Shown: positions 1 to 9,566 of the stretch, in pieces | How positions within the stretch are numbered: the first letter of the stretch is position 1 | Layout of the letters: the number at the start of each line of letters is the position of its first letter | DNA from: Parcubacteria bacterium C7867-008 | GTDB taxonomy: Bacteria; Patescibacteriota; Minisyncoccia; Phycocordibacterales; Phycocordibacteraceae | Reading direction: 5' to 3' | Length of the DNA: 64,000 nt | NCBI GenBank assembly: GCA_001189215.1 | Contig: LFCR01000004.1 | Span: 22,153 to 86,152, forward strand | The notes under the pieces: generated by a model | Database searches by the model: none | What the model was told of the DNA's origin: nothing | What the model saw: only the letters and a program-made list of their open reading frames with translations | Program-made: the position numbers and the translations under genes

Positions 1-12
1 TATGGTCAACTG

Positions 13-83
13 CGGGCCCACGAGGAATCGAACCTCGGCCGACGGTTTTGGAGACCGACGTTCTACCATTAAACTATAGGCCC
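13..83 (-). tRNA. tRNA-Trp (anticodon CCA)
   Basis: Reverse complement folds as a cloverleaf. Acceptor GGGCCTA/TGGGCCC, D-arm with GG, anticodon loop CTCCAAA, T-arm CGAGG-TTCGATT-CCTCG, discriminator G. Confidence 0.85.
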
Positions 84-158
84 TGTACTGAAACGATAGC
101 AGAACCGTGCGTTACGGGCAAAGTGAGGTGTGTGGGGTGGTACCATACGTACAACGAT

Positions 159-1130
159 ATGGTGGTCAAACGAGCACTCCTTAGTTTTGTAGTATTTCTA
201 ATAGCATCGATTCCATTTTCTGTATTTGCAGCAGATACTAATTTCTTCGGTCCAATTATTGCTGGAGAAGGAGACAAATGTTATTGCCCAAATTCCGCAA
301 TGGACTGGGGATGTGTACTTGCTGTTGTGCAGAAAATTCTTAATGCAATCATCGCTGTCGGATTAGTTGCTGTGGTGTTTTTTGTTGCGTGGGCAGGCTT
401 CTCTCTTATTACCAGTGGATCAAACCCTGGAGCACGAACGAAAGCAAAGAACCGTCTTCTCAACGGGATTATTGGAATTGTCTTGATCCTCACGTCTTTC
501 CTTATCGTTGATACGGTAATGAAGGTGCTCTATAACCCTGAAGCCAAGTTTGAAGGAGGATCATTTGGTAACTGGAACGAACTTCTTGAAGGAGAAGGAA
601 ATTATTGTATCGTCCCAACAGTTCCCAATGAAATTAACCACGGCACTCTTATAGAGGTGGTTAAAGAAGCTGGAAAAGAAGTTATTCAACCAGGAACAGA
701 GACTTCATCTACTGGAGGAAAGACACCGGCAGGCACGGTACCTGGATCATTCACTTATGATAATGCTGGAATAAAAGCACAAACATCTCATGCATCCGGA
801 GCACTAACAGGTCTTCTGAGTTGTATGTCTAAGAAATTACCAGCAGGTGTGGGTAAGATATCCTCCATTTCCGATAGCGCTATTCAAAGTGGAAAAGCGA
901 CATTTGAGACATGTGCAGCTAAAGGAACCGCTGCGGGTTGCGCCCACAAAGCACACTCTTGTCACTATGGAGGAAATACCTGCGTTGGGCGATCTCAGGC
1001 TGTCGACTTTGGGGATGAAACGAACGCAACCATTCTTAAGAAAGTTGCAGCTGAATGTGGTGCAACCTACAGTGGCTTTGAAGGCGACCATCTTCATGTG
1101 AGTGTGGGGAAGTCCTGCGGTTGTAACTAA
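159..1130 (+). CDS. TrbC/VirB2-like pilin family protein with a C-terminal Cys-rich domain. The domain has putative LAS/M23-like metallopeptidase motifs (HYGG...AVDFG, DHLHV).
   Basis: Track ORF 48..1130 is trimmed to the ATG at 159, because the upstream part overlaps tRNA-Trp. Signal peptide ending SVFA|AD, conserved FFGPII...AMDWGCV block, and two TM helices (GWAGFSLITSG...ARTKAKNR) are shared with the downstream paralog. The C-terminal domain call is motif-level only. Confidence 0.55.
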   Translation: MVVKRALLSFVVFLIASIPFSVFAADTNFFGPIIAGEGDKCYCPNSAMDWGCVLAVVQKILNAIIAVGLVAVVFFVAWAGFSLITSGSNPGARTKAKNRLLNGIIGIVLILTSFLIVDTVMKVLYNPEAKFEGGSFGNWNELLEGEGNYCIVPTVPNEINHGTLIEVVKEAGKEVIQPGTETSSTGGKTPAGTVPGSFTYDNAGIKAQTSHASGALTGLLSCMSKKLPAGVGKISSISDSAIQSGKATFETCAAKGTAAGCAHKAHSCHYGGNTCVGRSQAVDFGDETNATILKKVAAECGATYSGFEGDHLHVSVGKSCGCN

Positions 1131-1154
1131 GGTACCGTACAATAGACATATCAT

Positions 1155-2228
1155 ATGGGTAACCGTGCCATTCTTATCTTGTCAGGAGCAGCAACTGCGG
1201 TGCTTGCTCCGTTAACAGCACTAGCTGCAGATAGTAGCTTCTTTGGACCAATCATTCCCCAAGCTGGTGAATGTTTATGCGAAGGTTCAGCAATGGACTG
1301 GGGATGTGTAACCATCGTTACTCAAGCGGTGCTTTCAACAGTCATATCAGTGGGTATTGTGGTGGTGGTGTTTTATATCGGATGGGCAGGCTTCTCTCTT
1401 ATTACCAGTGGTGCAAATGCAGGAGCACGTACCAAAGCTAAGAACCGCATGTTGAATGCTGTGCTTGGTCTTGTTGTTGTTCTCACCGCTTTTCTTATGG
1501 TGGATACGGTAATGAAGGTGCTCTATAACCCAGACGCTCCGTTTGAAGGAGGAACCTTTGGTTTTTGGAATGAGATCTTTGTTGGAGATGGAGATAACTT
1601 CTGTGTGAAGAAGAATGAAAACCCAGGCTTTCTTAATAATGGATCATTGGGTGATCCAACAGGAGGTGATGACGATGGGGGTGGCAGTGCACCATCCGGT
1701 CCCCTTAATCCTGGGACAAATACCTCTACCGTTGGTATCACACCAGGTTCTGGAACATGCGCCCCTGAAGTTATTTCCAAAGCAGCTGCTGCTGGCGGAT
1801 ATAGTCTAACTTCTGCTCAAGCTACAACCTTCTCATGTATTGCTAAGTTTGAAAGTAGCTGCGGTAGTCGCATAACAGGTGCTAAAACTGAACAAGGTAA
1901 ACCAACCACTGCCAACGGAATGTTCCAGATTATTCTCGGATATAAGGATAATTGTCATAGCTTGAATCTTCCCGTCTGTAGCACCGCAGCGAAGCGTGCT
2001 GGATATCCCGTCTCAGGAAATCTTAACTGCGCCGCAGCCTTTAGTGGTGGGAAACCGAGACCCGGTAAAGAAAAGGAAGCAGCTGCATGCAAAGCCGCAG
2101 CAGCTAATGTTGATTGCAACACTTCAGCAGCGGCATGTCTCCTTAAAAACAATCCAAGCTTTAGTGATTGGACGTCAGACAGCCGTGCCACAAAACAGAA
2201 AGCATGTATCGCTAAATACAATACGTAA
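1155..2228 (+). CDS. TrbC/VirB2-like pilin family paralog with a different C-terminal Cys-rich domain. The domain has a putative lytic transglycosylase-like motif pair (FESS...GMFQI).
   Basis: The N-terminal ~170 aa are near-identical in motif order to the upstream gene (FFGPII, AMDWGCV, GWAGFSLITSG, VDTVMKVLYNP). A Gly/Asp-rich linker follows. The C-terminal ES-x20-GMFQ spacing resembles family-1 lytic transglycosylase motifs I/II. Confidence 0.55.
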   Translation: MGNRAILILSGAATAVLAPLTALAADSSFFGPIIPQAGECLCEGSAMDWGCVTIVTQAVLSTVISVGIVVVVFYIGWAGFSLITSGANAGARTKAKNRMLNAVLGLVVVLTAFLMVDTVMKVLYNPDAPFEGGTFGFWNEIFVGDGDNFCVKKNENPGFLNNGSLGDPTGGDDDGGGSAPSGPLNPGTNTSTVGITPGSGTCAPEVISKAAAAGGYSLTSAQATTFSCIAKFESSCGSRITGAKTEQGKPTTANGMFQIILGYKDNCHSLNLPVCSTAAKRAGYPVSGNLNCAAAFSGGKPRPGKEKEAAACKAAAANVDCNTSAAACLLKNNPSFSDWTSDSRATKQKACIAKYNT

Positions 2229-2232
2229 CTAA

Positions 2233-2802
2233 ATGACTATGAATAAGAAAGTACTATTTTGGATACTAGGTGTTACCGCGGTAGTGATTGTACTTCTTGG
2301 GGTGCTTGGCATACTCCTGTACATGCAACGTGCTAAGGAACCAACACAACTGGATCCTATCCTCTTCCCAAATACAGGAACAGCAACCAGTACCAGTGTT
2401 AAACCATTTACGATTCCCGATCAGAATGGAAATCCGATTCAAGTACGAGACTTCATTCATAACGGTGAGACCGTTCCTGATGTGGTGAATCCTGGAACAC
2501 AAGTACTTGCCGGTAGTCTTGGCTACTGTCTTGCTGATGGGTCATGCCCTTCAGGTGCTTCAACGACTGATTTCTCAATCTCCTATGATGAAAATGACTA
2601 CTCATTCAATGTGGTGCTGCTCACTGAGCCACTCAGCAAATCAAGACGTACTGCAGAACAATTCCTTCTTAGTCGTCTAGGGGTTACCCAAGCACAACTC
2701 TGCCTACTCAAGTCGTATGTAGGAGTGCCCGCTTTTGTGAATGAGACGTTCGAAGGAAACCTTGGCTATAGCTTCTGTGCCAAGTCTACGAAGCTCCCGT
2801 AA
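2233..2802 (+). CDS. hypothetical membrane-anchored secreted protein
   Basis: ORF with a single N-terminal TM helix and a Cys-containing extracytoplasmic domain. No recognisable catalytic motif. Confidence 0.5.
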   Translation: MTMNKKVLFWILGVTAVVIVLLGVLGILLYMQRAKEPTQLDPILFPNTGTATSTSVKPFTIPDQNGNPIQVRDFIHNGETVPDVVNPGTQVLAGSLGYCLADGSCPSGASTTDFSISYDENDYSFNVVLLTEPLSKSRRTAEQFLLSRLGVTQAQLCLLKSYVGVPAFVNETFEGNLGYSFCAKSTKLP

Positions 2803-3619
2803 GTTTCTTCAACCATTTCTTCTGTTCACGAGCGTAGTGCCATAGCTTTACTGAAAGGGCTCCAAGAAGAGAATCTTCACTCCGCTCACCACGAAGATAT
2901 TCACCAACGACACGATACTCGAGCCCTAGCTCATTAAGTCTTGTATCTCCAAGACGATCACGGGTACGCCGCACTTCTTCAACGAGTCCACGTTCAAGCG
3001 CTTGGGCCAATCGTGCCTCGATACGAGGTCTAAGCTCATCTTTTGGTGGATCAATAACCAACCACTCAACATCATACGCAGCGTCAGTACGGTTGCGCTC
3101 AGGAACAGATCCATGAAGCGCAATCATCTCAGCAGCACGCACTAATCGACGACGATTATGGGGATCCAGCATCTGTGCACGTCTAGGATCTTTAGCAGCA
3201 ATTTGTGCAAAAAGTTCAGCAGTAGGGAGGGTTTCAAGTTCTGCACGAAGTATCGGGTCACTCGCTATTTCAGGGAGACCGTATAGAAGTGCATCGAAGT
3301 AGAAATGGGTACCGCCCGCTAATATGGGCTTCTTTCCCTGTGCGTGTAAATCAGCAATAATCTTGCGCGCATCCGTAACAAAGTCACCAGCACTGTATAC
3401 CTCTTCAGGTTCCCGAATATCAATAAGATGATGTGTAACCCCCTGCATCTCTTCAGTACTAAGCTTTTCAGTACCTATGTCGAGTGTCCGATACACCTGT
3501 CTTGAATCAACAGATATAACCTCACTGTTGTGTTCCTTTGCTAGTGCAATAGCACGCGCAGATTTACCGCTCGCGGTAGGACCTATGACTGCAATTATAG
3601 AAATACGTTGCTCGCTCAT
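2786..3619 (-). CDS. miaA: tRNA dimethylallyltransferase MiaA
   Basis: P-loop GPTASGKS near the N-terminus, DSRQVY motif, MiaA-typical length. The ATG at 3619 is preferred over the GTG at 3640. Confidence 0.85.
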   Translation of the reverse strand: MSEQRISIIAVIGPTASGKSARAIALAKEHNSEVISVDSRQVYRTLDIGTEKLSTEEMQGVTHHLIDIREPEEVYSAGDFVTDARKIIADLHAQGKKPILAGGTHFYFDALLYGLPEIASDPILRAELETLPTAELFAQIAAKDPRRAQMLDPHNRRRLVRAAEMIALHGSVPERNRTDAAYDVEWLVIDPPKDELRPRIEARLAQALERGLVEEVRRTRDRLGDTRLNELGLEYRVVGEYLRGERSEDSLLGALSVKLWHYAREQKKWLKKLTGAS

Positions 3620-3649
3620 GTATGCAGGCGATGCTACCACAAAAAGCTT

Positions 3650-3676
3650 AGACCCGCCGGCGAACCAGGCGGGTCT
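3650..3676. terminator. hairpin agacccgcc-N10-ggcgggtct with a U-tract on the minus strand (bidirectional)
   Basis: Perfect 9 bp inverted repeat. On the minus strand it is followed by AAGCTTTTTGTGG. It sits after a small minus-strand ORF and downstream of tRNA-Leu. Confidence 0.5.
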
Positions 3677-3681
3677 TGCGC

Positions 3682-3864
3682 TTACGCGCGTGCGTCGGTG
3701 ACGCTCGGGTCGGAGGATTGATTTTCACGAAGCCTGCGTCCATGGCGGATCATATCTGCCAGCATGCCTTCTGGAAGGTCCGGACGCACTAATCGGACCT
3801 TCTTTGGGAGTGGTTCTTCAAAACCACCCAGTACCAATCCAACAATATTTAAAATACTTTTCAT
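3682..3864 (-). CDS. small hypothetical protein (60 aa, N-terminal hydrophobic segment)
   Basis: ATG preceded by GAGGG. Upstream are TTTACT-17-TATAGT promoter-like hexamers. The stop is followed by the terminator hairpin. No homology recognised. Confidence 0.3.
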   Translation of the reverse strand: MKSILNIVGLVLGGFEEPLPKKVRLVRPDLPEGMLADMIRHGRRLRENQSSDPSVTDARA

Positions 3865-3921
3865 GTTGCCCTCACAACTAGCCAAAAATACTATAGCACA
3901 TGTATTAAATAAAGTAAAGTG

Positions 3922-4003
3922 TGCCGGGGGAGGGAGTCGAACCCTCATGCCTTGCGGCAGTGGGTTTTGAATCCACCGCGTATAACCATTCCGCCACCCC
4001 GGC
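3922..4003 (-). tRNA. tRNA-Leu (anticodon CAA), class II with a long variable arm
   Basis: Reverse complement reads GCCGGGG...GTGGA-TTCAAAA-CCCAC...GAGGG-TTCGACT-CCCTC-CCCCGGC-A. Acceptor stem perfect, discriminator A. One A-C mismatch closes the anticodon stem. Confidence 0.85.
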
Positions 4004-4072
4004 GATAGGGACATCGTACTCCAGTGATACGTGCATAGCAAAGTGATATGCGGATGATACAATTGCTACAAC

Positions 4073-5065
4073 ATGACCGACGCAAATTACGTCCCAACGA
4101 AATACGACTCAGTATTTTGGGTACCTACCGATCGCATCCAGCCCAATCCGTATCAGCCACGACGTGAATTTGATGAGGACCGTCTCAAGGCACTTGCAGA
4201 GAGTATTCGTCAGTATGGTGTCCTTCAGCCACTTGTTGTTACACGCACCGAAGTAGAGACCCTTAGTGGCGGTCTACAGAGTTCCTACGAACTTATCGCA
4301 GGAGAACGTCGTCTCCGTGCCTCTAAACTCATTGGTCTTAAAGAAGTTCCGGTCGTTATTCGTGTTGGCGAGCAGAGTGATAGTGTAAAACTTGAACTGG
4401 CTATTATTGAAAATGTTCAGCGTGAAGATCTGAACTCTATCGATCGCGCTAAGGCACTTGCACAGCTCGCAGCAGAGTTTGGTCTATCTCATGGTGAGAT
4501 TGGCGCTAAGGTGGGACGTAGCCGTGAGTATGTATCTAACTCCATTCGTTTACTTCTTCTTCCTGAAGCGATTCAACAAGCAGTAGTTGATAAGGAAATC
4601 ACGGAAGGTCATGCGCGTGCACTTCTCATGCTTAACGATAAGCCTGAAGAACGAGACACGCTCTTCAAGGAAATTGTTCTTAAGAAGACCTCAGTGCGTA
4701 TGGTAGAGCAACTCGCGCGTCGTCTTGCACAAGACAAGATTCGTAAACATGACAAGACACCGGAAATGATGGCGCTTGAGAAGTCTCTCACAGAAACTCT
4801 TGGTACCCGCGTGCTCATTGAGAATCGTCCCAAGGGAGGTCGGGTACTTATCGAGTTCTTCTCTTCTGAAGATCTCGCACACATCGCACAAATACTTGCT
4901 GAACGGCAGGAGCAAGAAGCAACCATGAGTAAGGCGGCACAATTGAGCGTTGTTGAAGCAGCAACACCAGACATGCCTATACATCCGAATACAACACAAC
5001 TAGCACCTATCGTTGAGGAAGCGGTTGATGAAGATCTGTACGCGGTAAGCAGCTTTTCAGTCTAG
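4073..5065 (+). CDS. parB: ParB/Spo0J-like partition (ParB N-terminal nuclease-like domain) protein
   Basis: YELIAGERRLRAS and NPYQPR-type ParB boxes, followed by an HTH region. No adjacent parA. Confidence 0.85.
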   Translation: MTDANYVPTKYDSVFWVPTDRIQPNPYQPRREFDEDRLKALAESIRQYGVLQPLVVTRTEVETLSGGLQSSYELIAGERRLRASKLIGLKEVPVVIRVGEQSDSVKLELAIIENVQREDLNSIDRAKALAQLAAEFGLSHGEIGAKVGRSREYVSNSIRLLLLPEAIQQAVVDKEITEGHARALLMLNDKPEERDTLFKEIVLKKTSVRMVEQLARRLAQDKIRKHDKTPEMMALEKSLTETLGTRVLIENRPKGGRVLIEFFSSEDLAHIAQILAERQEQEATMSKAAQLSVVEAATPDMPIHPNTTQLAPIVEEAVDEDLYAVSSFSV

Positions 5066-6708
5066 TGTTTTGAAGAACGTTTCTTGTGTGTCTTGTTTGG
5101 TTTCAGATCTCCTTTCACTGACGTAGTGCCACGCTCTGGTATTTCAAGAGAGACGCGGATATGTCTGCGTGCCATACTGGTGCGCGCGTAATCAAGCCAC
5201 TTAGTGGTTGGGTGTGCTGATGCCTTCTCAAGAATCTCCACTACGTCACCGTTGCGAAGTACCGTATCAAAGGAAACCATCTTGCTGTTCACCTTTGCTC
5301 CATACATATGGTTGCCTAGTTCGCTATGAATAGCATAGGCAAAGTCGATCGCCGTTGAGTTGATCGGGAGATCTATAACGTCACCCTTTGGAGTAAACAC
5401 AAATACACGGTGGGAGAAGAAGTCTTCACGCAAACCCTGTACAAAGTCTTCACTACCCGCAGTCGGTGCATGTGCATCCGCAAGCTCAGAAAGCCAGCGT
5501 GGTGATTCTTGAACTTTCTTGGCTTTCGCTTTAGTCACTGATGTTGGAACAACAGGTAATGTACCTTTCCCTCGAGAAAGATTCAGAAGGCTTGGTACGA
5601 GACCGCGCATCCATGAGAAGGAGAGCCGTTCAAAGGCAACACGCTGTGCTTGTTTCTCCATCGTCTTGCCTTTTTCACCTAACTGTTTATAGGACATGTG
5701 CGAGGCAATACCGTACTGCGCATTCTGGTGCATCTCCTCGGTGCGAACCTGCACTTCAACGATACCTGCATCCCCGGTGATGATGGTGGTGTGGAGAGAC
5801 TGATACCCGTTTGGTTTTGTGAAGGATATGTAGTCTTTAAATTCTCCCGGTAGCGGTCTCCAGAGTGAATGGATAACACCAAGCACGGTGTAGCAATCAT
5901 CAACCGTTGGTACTATGACACGAAGCGCTGCTATGTCATGAATTGCAGAGATATCATCATTCTTGCGTACCAACTTTTGGTGTAGGCTCCAGAGTCCTTT
6001 CATACGGATGTCCGTACGGAAATTCTTTAGAGCACGACGAGCAAGTGCATGCTGCAATTCTTTTTGTACACGAATAAGACCCTGCTCTGTTTCTTTTGTC
6101 TTAAGCTTACGAACCTCCATCACGTGCGCATACGCATCGGCATCAACATACGGGAAGGAAAGATCTTCAAGATCACGCTTTACAAGACCCATACCAAGAC
6201 GATCTGCGAGTGGTGCATATATCTCAAGAGTCTCGAGTGCAATACGCCGACGCTTCTCCTCAGGCACATGCTCAAGAGTGGTCATGTTGTGATAGCGGTC
6301 TGCTAATTTGATGATTAGCACCCGAACATCAGCTGATGTCGCAACGAGAAGACGTCTGAGAGACTCTGCATGGCGCTCTGCGCCCCGATACTTATGTTTT
6401 CCGAGCTTAGTAACACCTTCAACAAGGAAGCGCACGTCAGAGCCAAATTCTTGCTGTACTTGTTCTTCGGTAATACCCGCATCTTCCACCGTGTCATGGA
6501 GGAGACCAGCAGCAATAGTGTCTGCATCCATACCGAGTTCAGCAAGATGCTTAGCAACGGCAGCAGGATGGAGGAAATACTGTTCGCCAGAATAGCGCTT
6601 ATGGTCCTTGTGCGCTTCTTCTGAAAAGGCATATGCCTTTCGTATGAGCGTCTCCTCTTCCGGAGAGACGTCTCGCATGGCTGCCAGGATTTCCTTGACG
6701 GTCGTCAT
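5062..6708 (-). CDS. rel: RelA/SpoT-family bifunctional (p)ppGpp synthetase/hydrolase (short; no ACT domain)
   Basis: HD hydrolase motif LLHDTVEDAG, synthetase block, and TGS domain are present. The start is moved to the internal ATG (MTTVKEIL) at 6708. Confidence 0.85.
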   Translation of the reverse strand: MTTVKEILAAMRDVSPEEETLIRKAYAFSEEAHKDHKRYSGEQYFLHPAAVAKHLAELGMDADTIAAGLLHDTVEDAGITEEQVQQEFGSDVRFLVEGVTKLGKHKYRGAERHAESLRRLLVATSADVRVLIIKLADRYHNMTTLEHVPEEKRRRIALETLEIYAPLADRLGMGLVKRDLEDLSFPYVDADAYAHVMEVRKLKTKETEQGLIRVQKELQHALARRALKNFRTDIRMKGLWSLHQKLVRKNDDISAIHDIAALRVIVPTVDDCYTVLGVIHSLWRPLPGEFKDYISFTKPNGYQSLHTTIITGDAGIVEVQVRTEEMHQNAQYGIASHMSYKQLGEKGKTMEKQAQRVAFERLSFSWMRGLVPSLLNLSRGKGTLPVVPTSVTKAKAKKVQESPRWLSELADAHAPTAGSEDFVQGLREDFFSHRVFVFTPKGDVIDLPINSTAIDFAYAIHSELGNHMYGAKVNSKMVSFDTVLRNGDVVEILEKASAHPTTKWLDYARTSMARRHIRVSLEIPERGTTSVKGDLKPNKTHKKRSSKH

Positions 6709-6762
6709 AGGTATCGCATAGTCTATCACCAGAGACGCACACCACCAACTTGGGGAATAGCC

Positions 6763-6957
6763 ATGGCCGATATCTACTGCGACAGCGGAGCAGCCTGTTC
6801 TATCTGTAAGGTCTGTCAGGAAGGACATTCAACGCTTGATTGCCCATCCATCAAAAGCCTCGAAGCATCTGGCTTCTTTGCCGATGATGGAGACCATGAG
6901 CCACTGACCGAAGATGAACTCCGTGAATGCGGAGTACCCAATCTGGTATTCCTGTAA
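6763..6957 (+). CDS. small Cys-rich hypothetical protein (64 aa; CxxxxxCxxCxxC...C)
   Basis: ATG with GGGGAA 6 nt upstream. Divergent from rel. Followed by a strong hairpin terminator. Confidence 0.35.
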   Translation: MADIYCDSGAACSICKVCQEGHSTLDCPSIKSLEASGFFADDGDHEPLTEDELRECGVPNLVFL

Positions 6958-6975
6958 ATTTGAACAGGAATACTA

Positions 6976-7010
6976 GGACGCCGCGTTTCCAAGCGCGGCG
7001 TTTCCTATTT
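6976..7010. terminator. hairpin acgccgcg-N8-cgcggcgt plus T-run (bidirectional; also overlaps the topA stop)
   Basis: Perfect 8 bp stem followed by ttcctattt. Confidence 0.6.
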
Positions 7011-9410
7011 AAGATAGTCTGCAGCTTCTAGGGGAGTCAGTTCGTCAGGCTTCTGTGACTCTGGTAGATATATGCGACGGAGGCCTTTCTTCAGGAAGAG
7101 TCCTTGTTTGGACTTATACAGCACGATAGTCTTTCCAGTCTTTGGATGCTTTCCAACTTCCAGAACAATCTCCACCCCACGTGGTGGCTGCTTTGGTTGA
7201 TTAAGTACCGCAACTGCCTCATCAAGGGTGACGGTGTACGGATCAAGTTTCTTAATAGAACGGAATTCACCGTCGTGTGCGACATACGGACCAAAACGTC
7301 CAGTGTTTGCAAGAATTACCTTTCCACTATCAGGATGTGCTCCAAGTTCGCGAGGAAGGGAAAGATACTTTACGGCGTCAGCGAGTGTGACACTTCCTAA
7401 ATCTGTTCCTGCAGGAACACTCGCACGCTTCACATTGAGCTTTGGTTTCTTTGGCTTTGCCACTCGCTTCGCACCTTTTTTCTTTGGTGCCTCCTCCTTA
7501 ACTTCAGCAACTACTTCAGGAGCTGTTTCAAGTGGCATTTCTACGTAAGGGCCATAGCGACCTGTGCGAATGAAAATAGGGAAGCCAGTTTCAGGGTGCA
7601 TGCCAATAGGCTCATCTTGTTTAAGCTCGGTACCATCTTCCTGACGTGCGCCGGTGCAGTCTGGATATTTAATACAGCTCATGAATATGCCACCCCGACC
7701 CAGTTTGAATTCCATCTTTGCGCCGCATATGGGACAAGGGAATTCATCCGATACGTCTCCTAGTGATGTTGCTTTAGGAAGTTTGTCCTTGGCAGCAATA
7801 GCTTTTTCAAAGGGACCATAGAATGCAGTCATAGTTGGAAGATAGCCACGCTCACCTCGTGCTATTTCATCAAGCTCGTCTTCCATCTCGGCCGTGAATA
7901 CATCTGAGATATATTCCGCAAAATGTTCTTCGAGCCACCCTGATACCACCATGCCGGTTGCGGTTGGTGTGAGCGTACGACCCGTCTTTTCTACATAGCC
8001 ACGATCCTGAATAGTCTTCATGGTGGAGGCGTATGTTGAAGGGCGTCCGATACCACGTTTCTCAAGCTCTTTAATGAGACCTGCTTCGGTATAGCGATTA
8101 GGTGGTTCGGTCTGTTTCTCTTCTTCGCCGAGAGAGATAAGCGTTAGAGACTCGTTTATCTCAAGCTTAGGAAGTTCTACATCTTCTCCACGCGCTCGAG
8201 TGTCACACGCAAGCCATCCTGGAAAGAGGATGCGAGAACCAGTAGTGGTGAATGCAGGAATCTCTGCATCTGCCTGACTGGTAACGGTAGTACGAAGGGT
8301 GCGAGCTGCTTTCATCTGAGAAGCTACCGTACGACGGCGAATCAAATCATAGAGTGATTGCTCATCACCTACTGCACCAGCACTTGCACGGCTTGGATCT
8401 GTTGGACGAACTGCCTCGTGTGCCTCCTGCGCATTCTTGCTCTTGGTCTTGTATACATGCTTCTCCGCATACTCTTTGCCGTATTCCTTTTCTGCAACAG
8501 ATAAGAGTTTTGCAATAGCATCCATGCCCAAGTTCACAGAGTCCGTACGCATGTACGTAATATGGCCCGCCTCGTAGAGCTTCTGTGCTGCACGCATCGT
8601 TCTGCTTGGTGAGAAACCAAGACGGGTACTTGCTGCCTGCTGGAGTGTTGAAGTTGTAAACGGTGGACGTGGTACGCGCTCTTCTTCACGCTCTTTGATA
8701 TCTGCAATCTTCCACTTTGATTCACGGCCAAGCGTAACAATGCGCTCTGCCTCTTCACGTGTTGCAGGTTGCTCAACACACTTAGCTACAAATTCTGTAC
8801 CCTTACCCTTTAGTATCGCTTCAAGTACGAAATAGGTAACAGGGATGAATGCTTTAATCTCTCGTTCACGCTCAGCAAGAATACGAAGTGCAGGAGACTG
8901 AACACGGCCAGCTGAAAGTCCGTAGCGAACCTTCTTCCAGATAAGACCGGAGAGATCATAGCCCACGATGCGATCAAGGACACGTCGTGCCTCCTGTGCT
9001 TCACGAAGATGTTCATCGATAAGGCGTGGGTGTGCCAATGCCTCTTCAACCGCAGCTTTGGTGATCTCATGGAAGACCACACGCTTTGGTTTCTTGAGAC
9101 CAACAGCTTGTTGGATATGCCAAGCAATAGCTTCACCTTCGCGGTCAGGGTCTGTCGCAAGAAAGATGTCACTCGCCTTTGCTGCTGCCTTCTGGATCTT
9201 CTCGATCACCTCACGCTTATCTGCGTTGATTACATACCGTGGCACAAAGCCACCTTCAATATCAACCGCGTCTTTATTGGTCTTAGGAAGATCACGCACG
9301 TGACCCACAGAGGCAAGCACCTCGTATTCATTACCGAGGTACTGCTGGATTGTCCGTGCCTTTGCCGGAGACTCTACGATGAGAAGCTTTTTTCCTGTAG
9401 TGGTTGCCAT
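7005..9410 (-). CDS. topA: DNA topoisomerase I
   Basis: TOPRIM N-terminus (LLIVESPAKARTI), C-terminal zinc ribbons, and a Lys-rich tail. Confidence 0.9.
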   Translation of the reverse strand: MATTTGKKLLIVESPAKARTIQQYLGNEYEVLASVGHVRDLPKTNKDAVDIEGGFVPRYVINADKREVIEKIQKAAAKASDIFLATDPDREGEAIAWHIQQAVGLKKPKRVVFHEITKAAVEEALAHPRLIDEHLREAQEARRVLDRIVGYDLSGLIWKKVRYGLSAGRVQSPALRILAEREREIKAFIPVTYFVLEAILKGKGTEFVAKCVEQPATREEAERIVTLGRESKWKIADIKEREEERVPRPPFTTSTLQQAASTRLGFSPSRTMRAAQKLYEAGHITYMRTDSVNLGMDAIAKLLSVAEKEYGKEYAEKHVYKTKSKNAQEAHEAVRPTDPSRASAGAVGDEQSLYDLIRRRTVASQMKAARTLRTTVTSQADAEIPAFTTTGSRILFPGWLACDTRARGEDVELPKLEINESLTLISLGEEEKQTEPPNRYTEAGLIKELEKRGIGRPSTYASTMKTIQDRGYVEKTGRTLTPTATGMVVSGWLEEHFAEYISDVFTAEMEDELDEIARGERGYLPTMTAFYGPFEKAIAAKDKLPKATSLGDVSDEFPCPICGAKMEFKLGRGGIFMSCIKYPDCTGARQEDGTELKQDEPIGMHPETGFPIFIRTGRYGPYVEMPLETAPEVVAEVKEEAPKKKGAKRVAKPKKPKLNVKRASVPAGTDLGSVTLADAVKYLSLPRELGAHPDSGKVILANTGRFGPYVAHDGEFRSIKKLDPYTVTLDEAVAVLNQPKQPPRGVEIVLEVGKHPKTGKTIVLYKSKQGLFLKKGLRRIYLPESQKPDELTPLEAADYLK

Positions 9411-9566
9411 GTTGCTAACTCATACCGCGCATACCTATATATGGTCAAGCGGGGGATAGTTTGATAGTGACATATATAAGATGAAGGTTTGCTCAATTAC
9501 TCGTAAACAAATCCTGATCCTATATGCCTTTCCGGAAGGGTAAACCTGTCGTAGAATGCGACTAAC

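Noticed and set aside
48-158. N-terminal 37 codons of track ORF 48..1130 (TTG start)
   Set aside because: It overlaps tRNA-Trp on the other strand. The paralog alignment shows the signal peptide starts at the ATG at 159.
3682-4062. Track ORFs 3682..4062(-) and 3764..3970(+)
   Set aside because: They run through tRNA-Leu and its flank. Only the 3682..3864 portion has RBS and promoter support.
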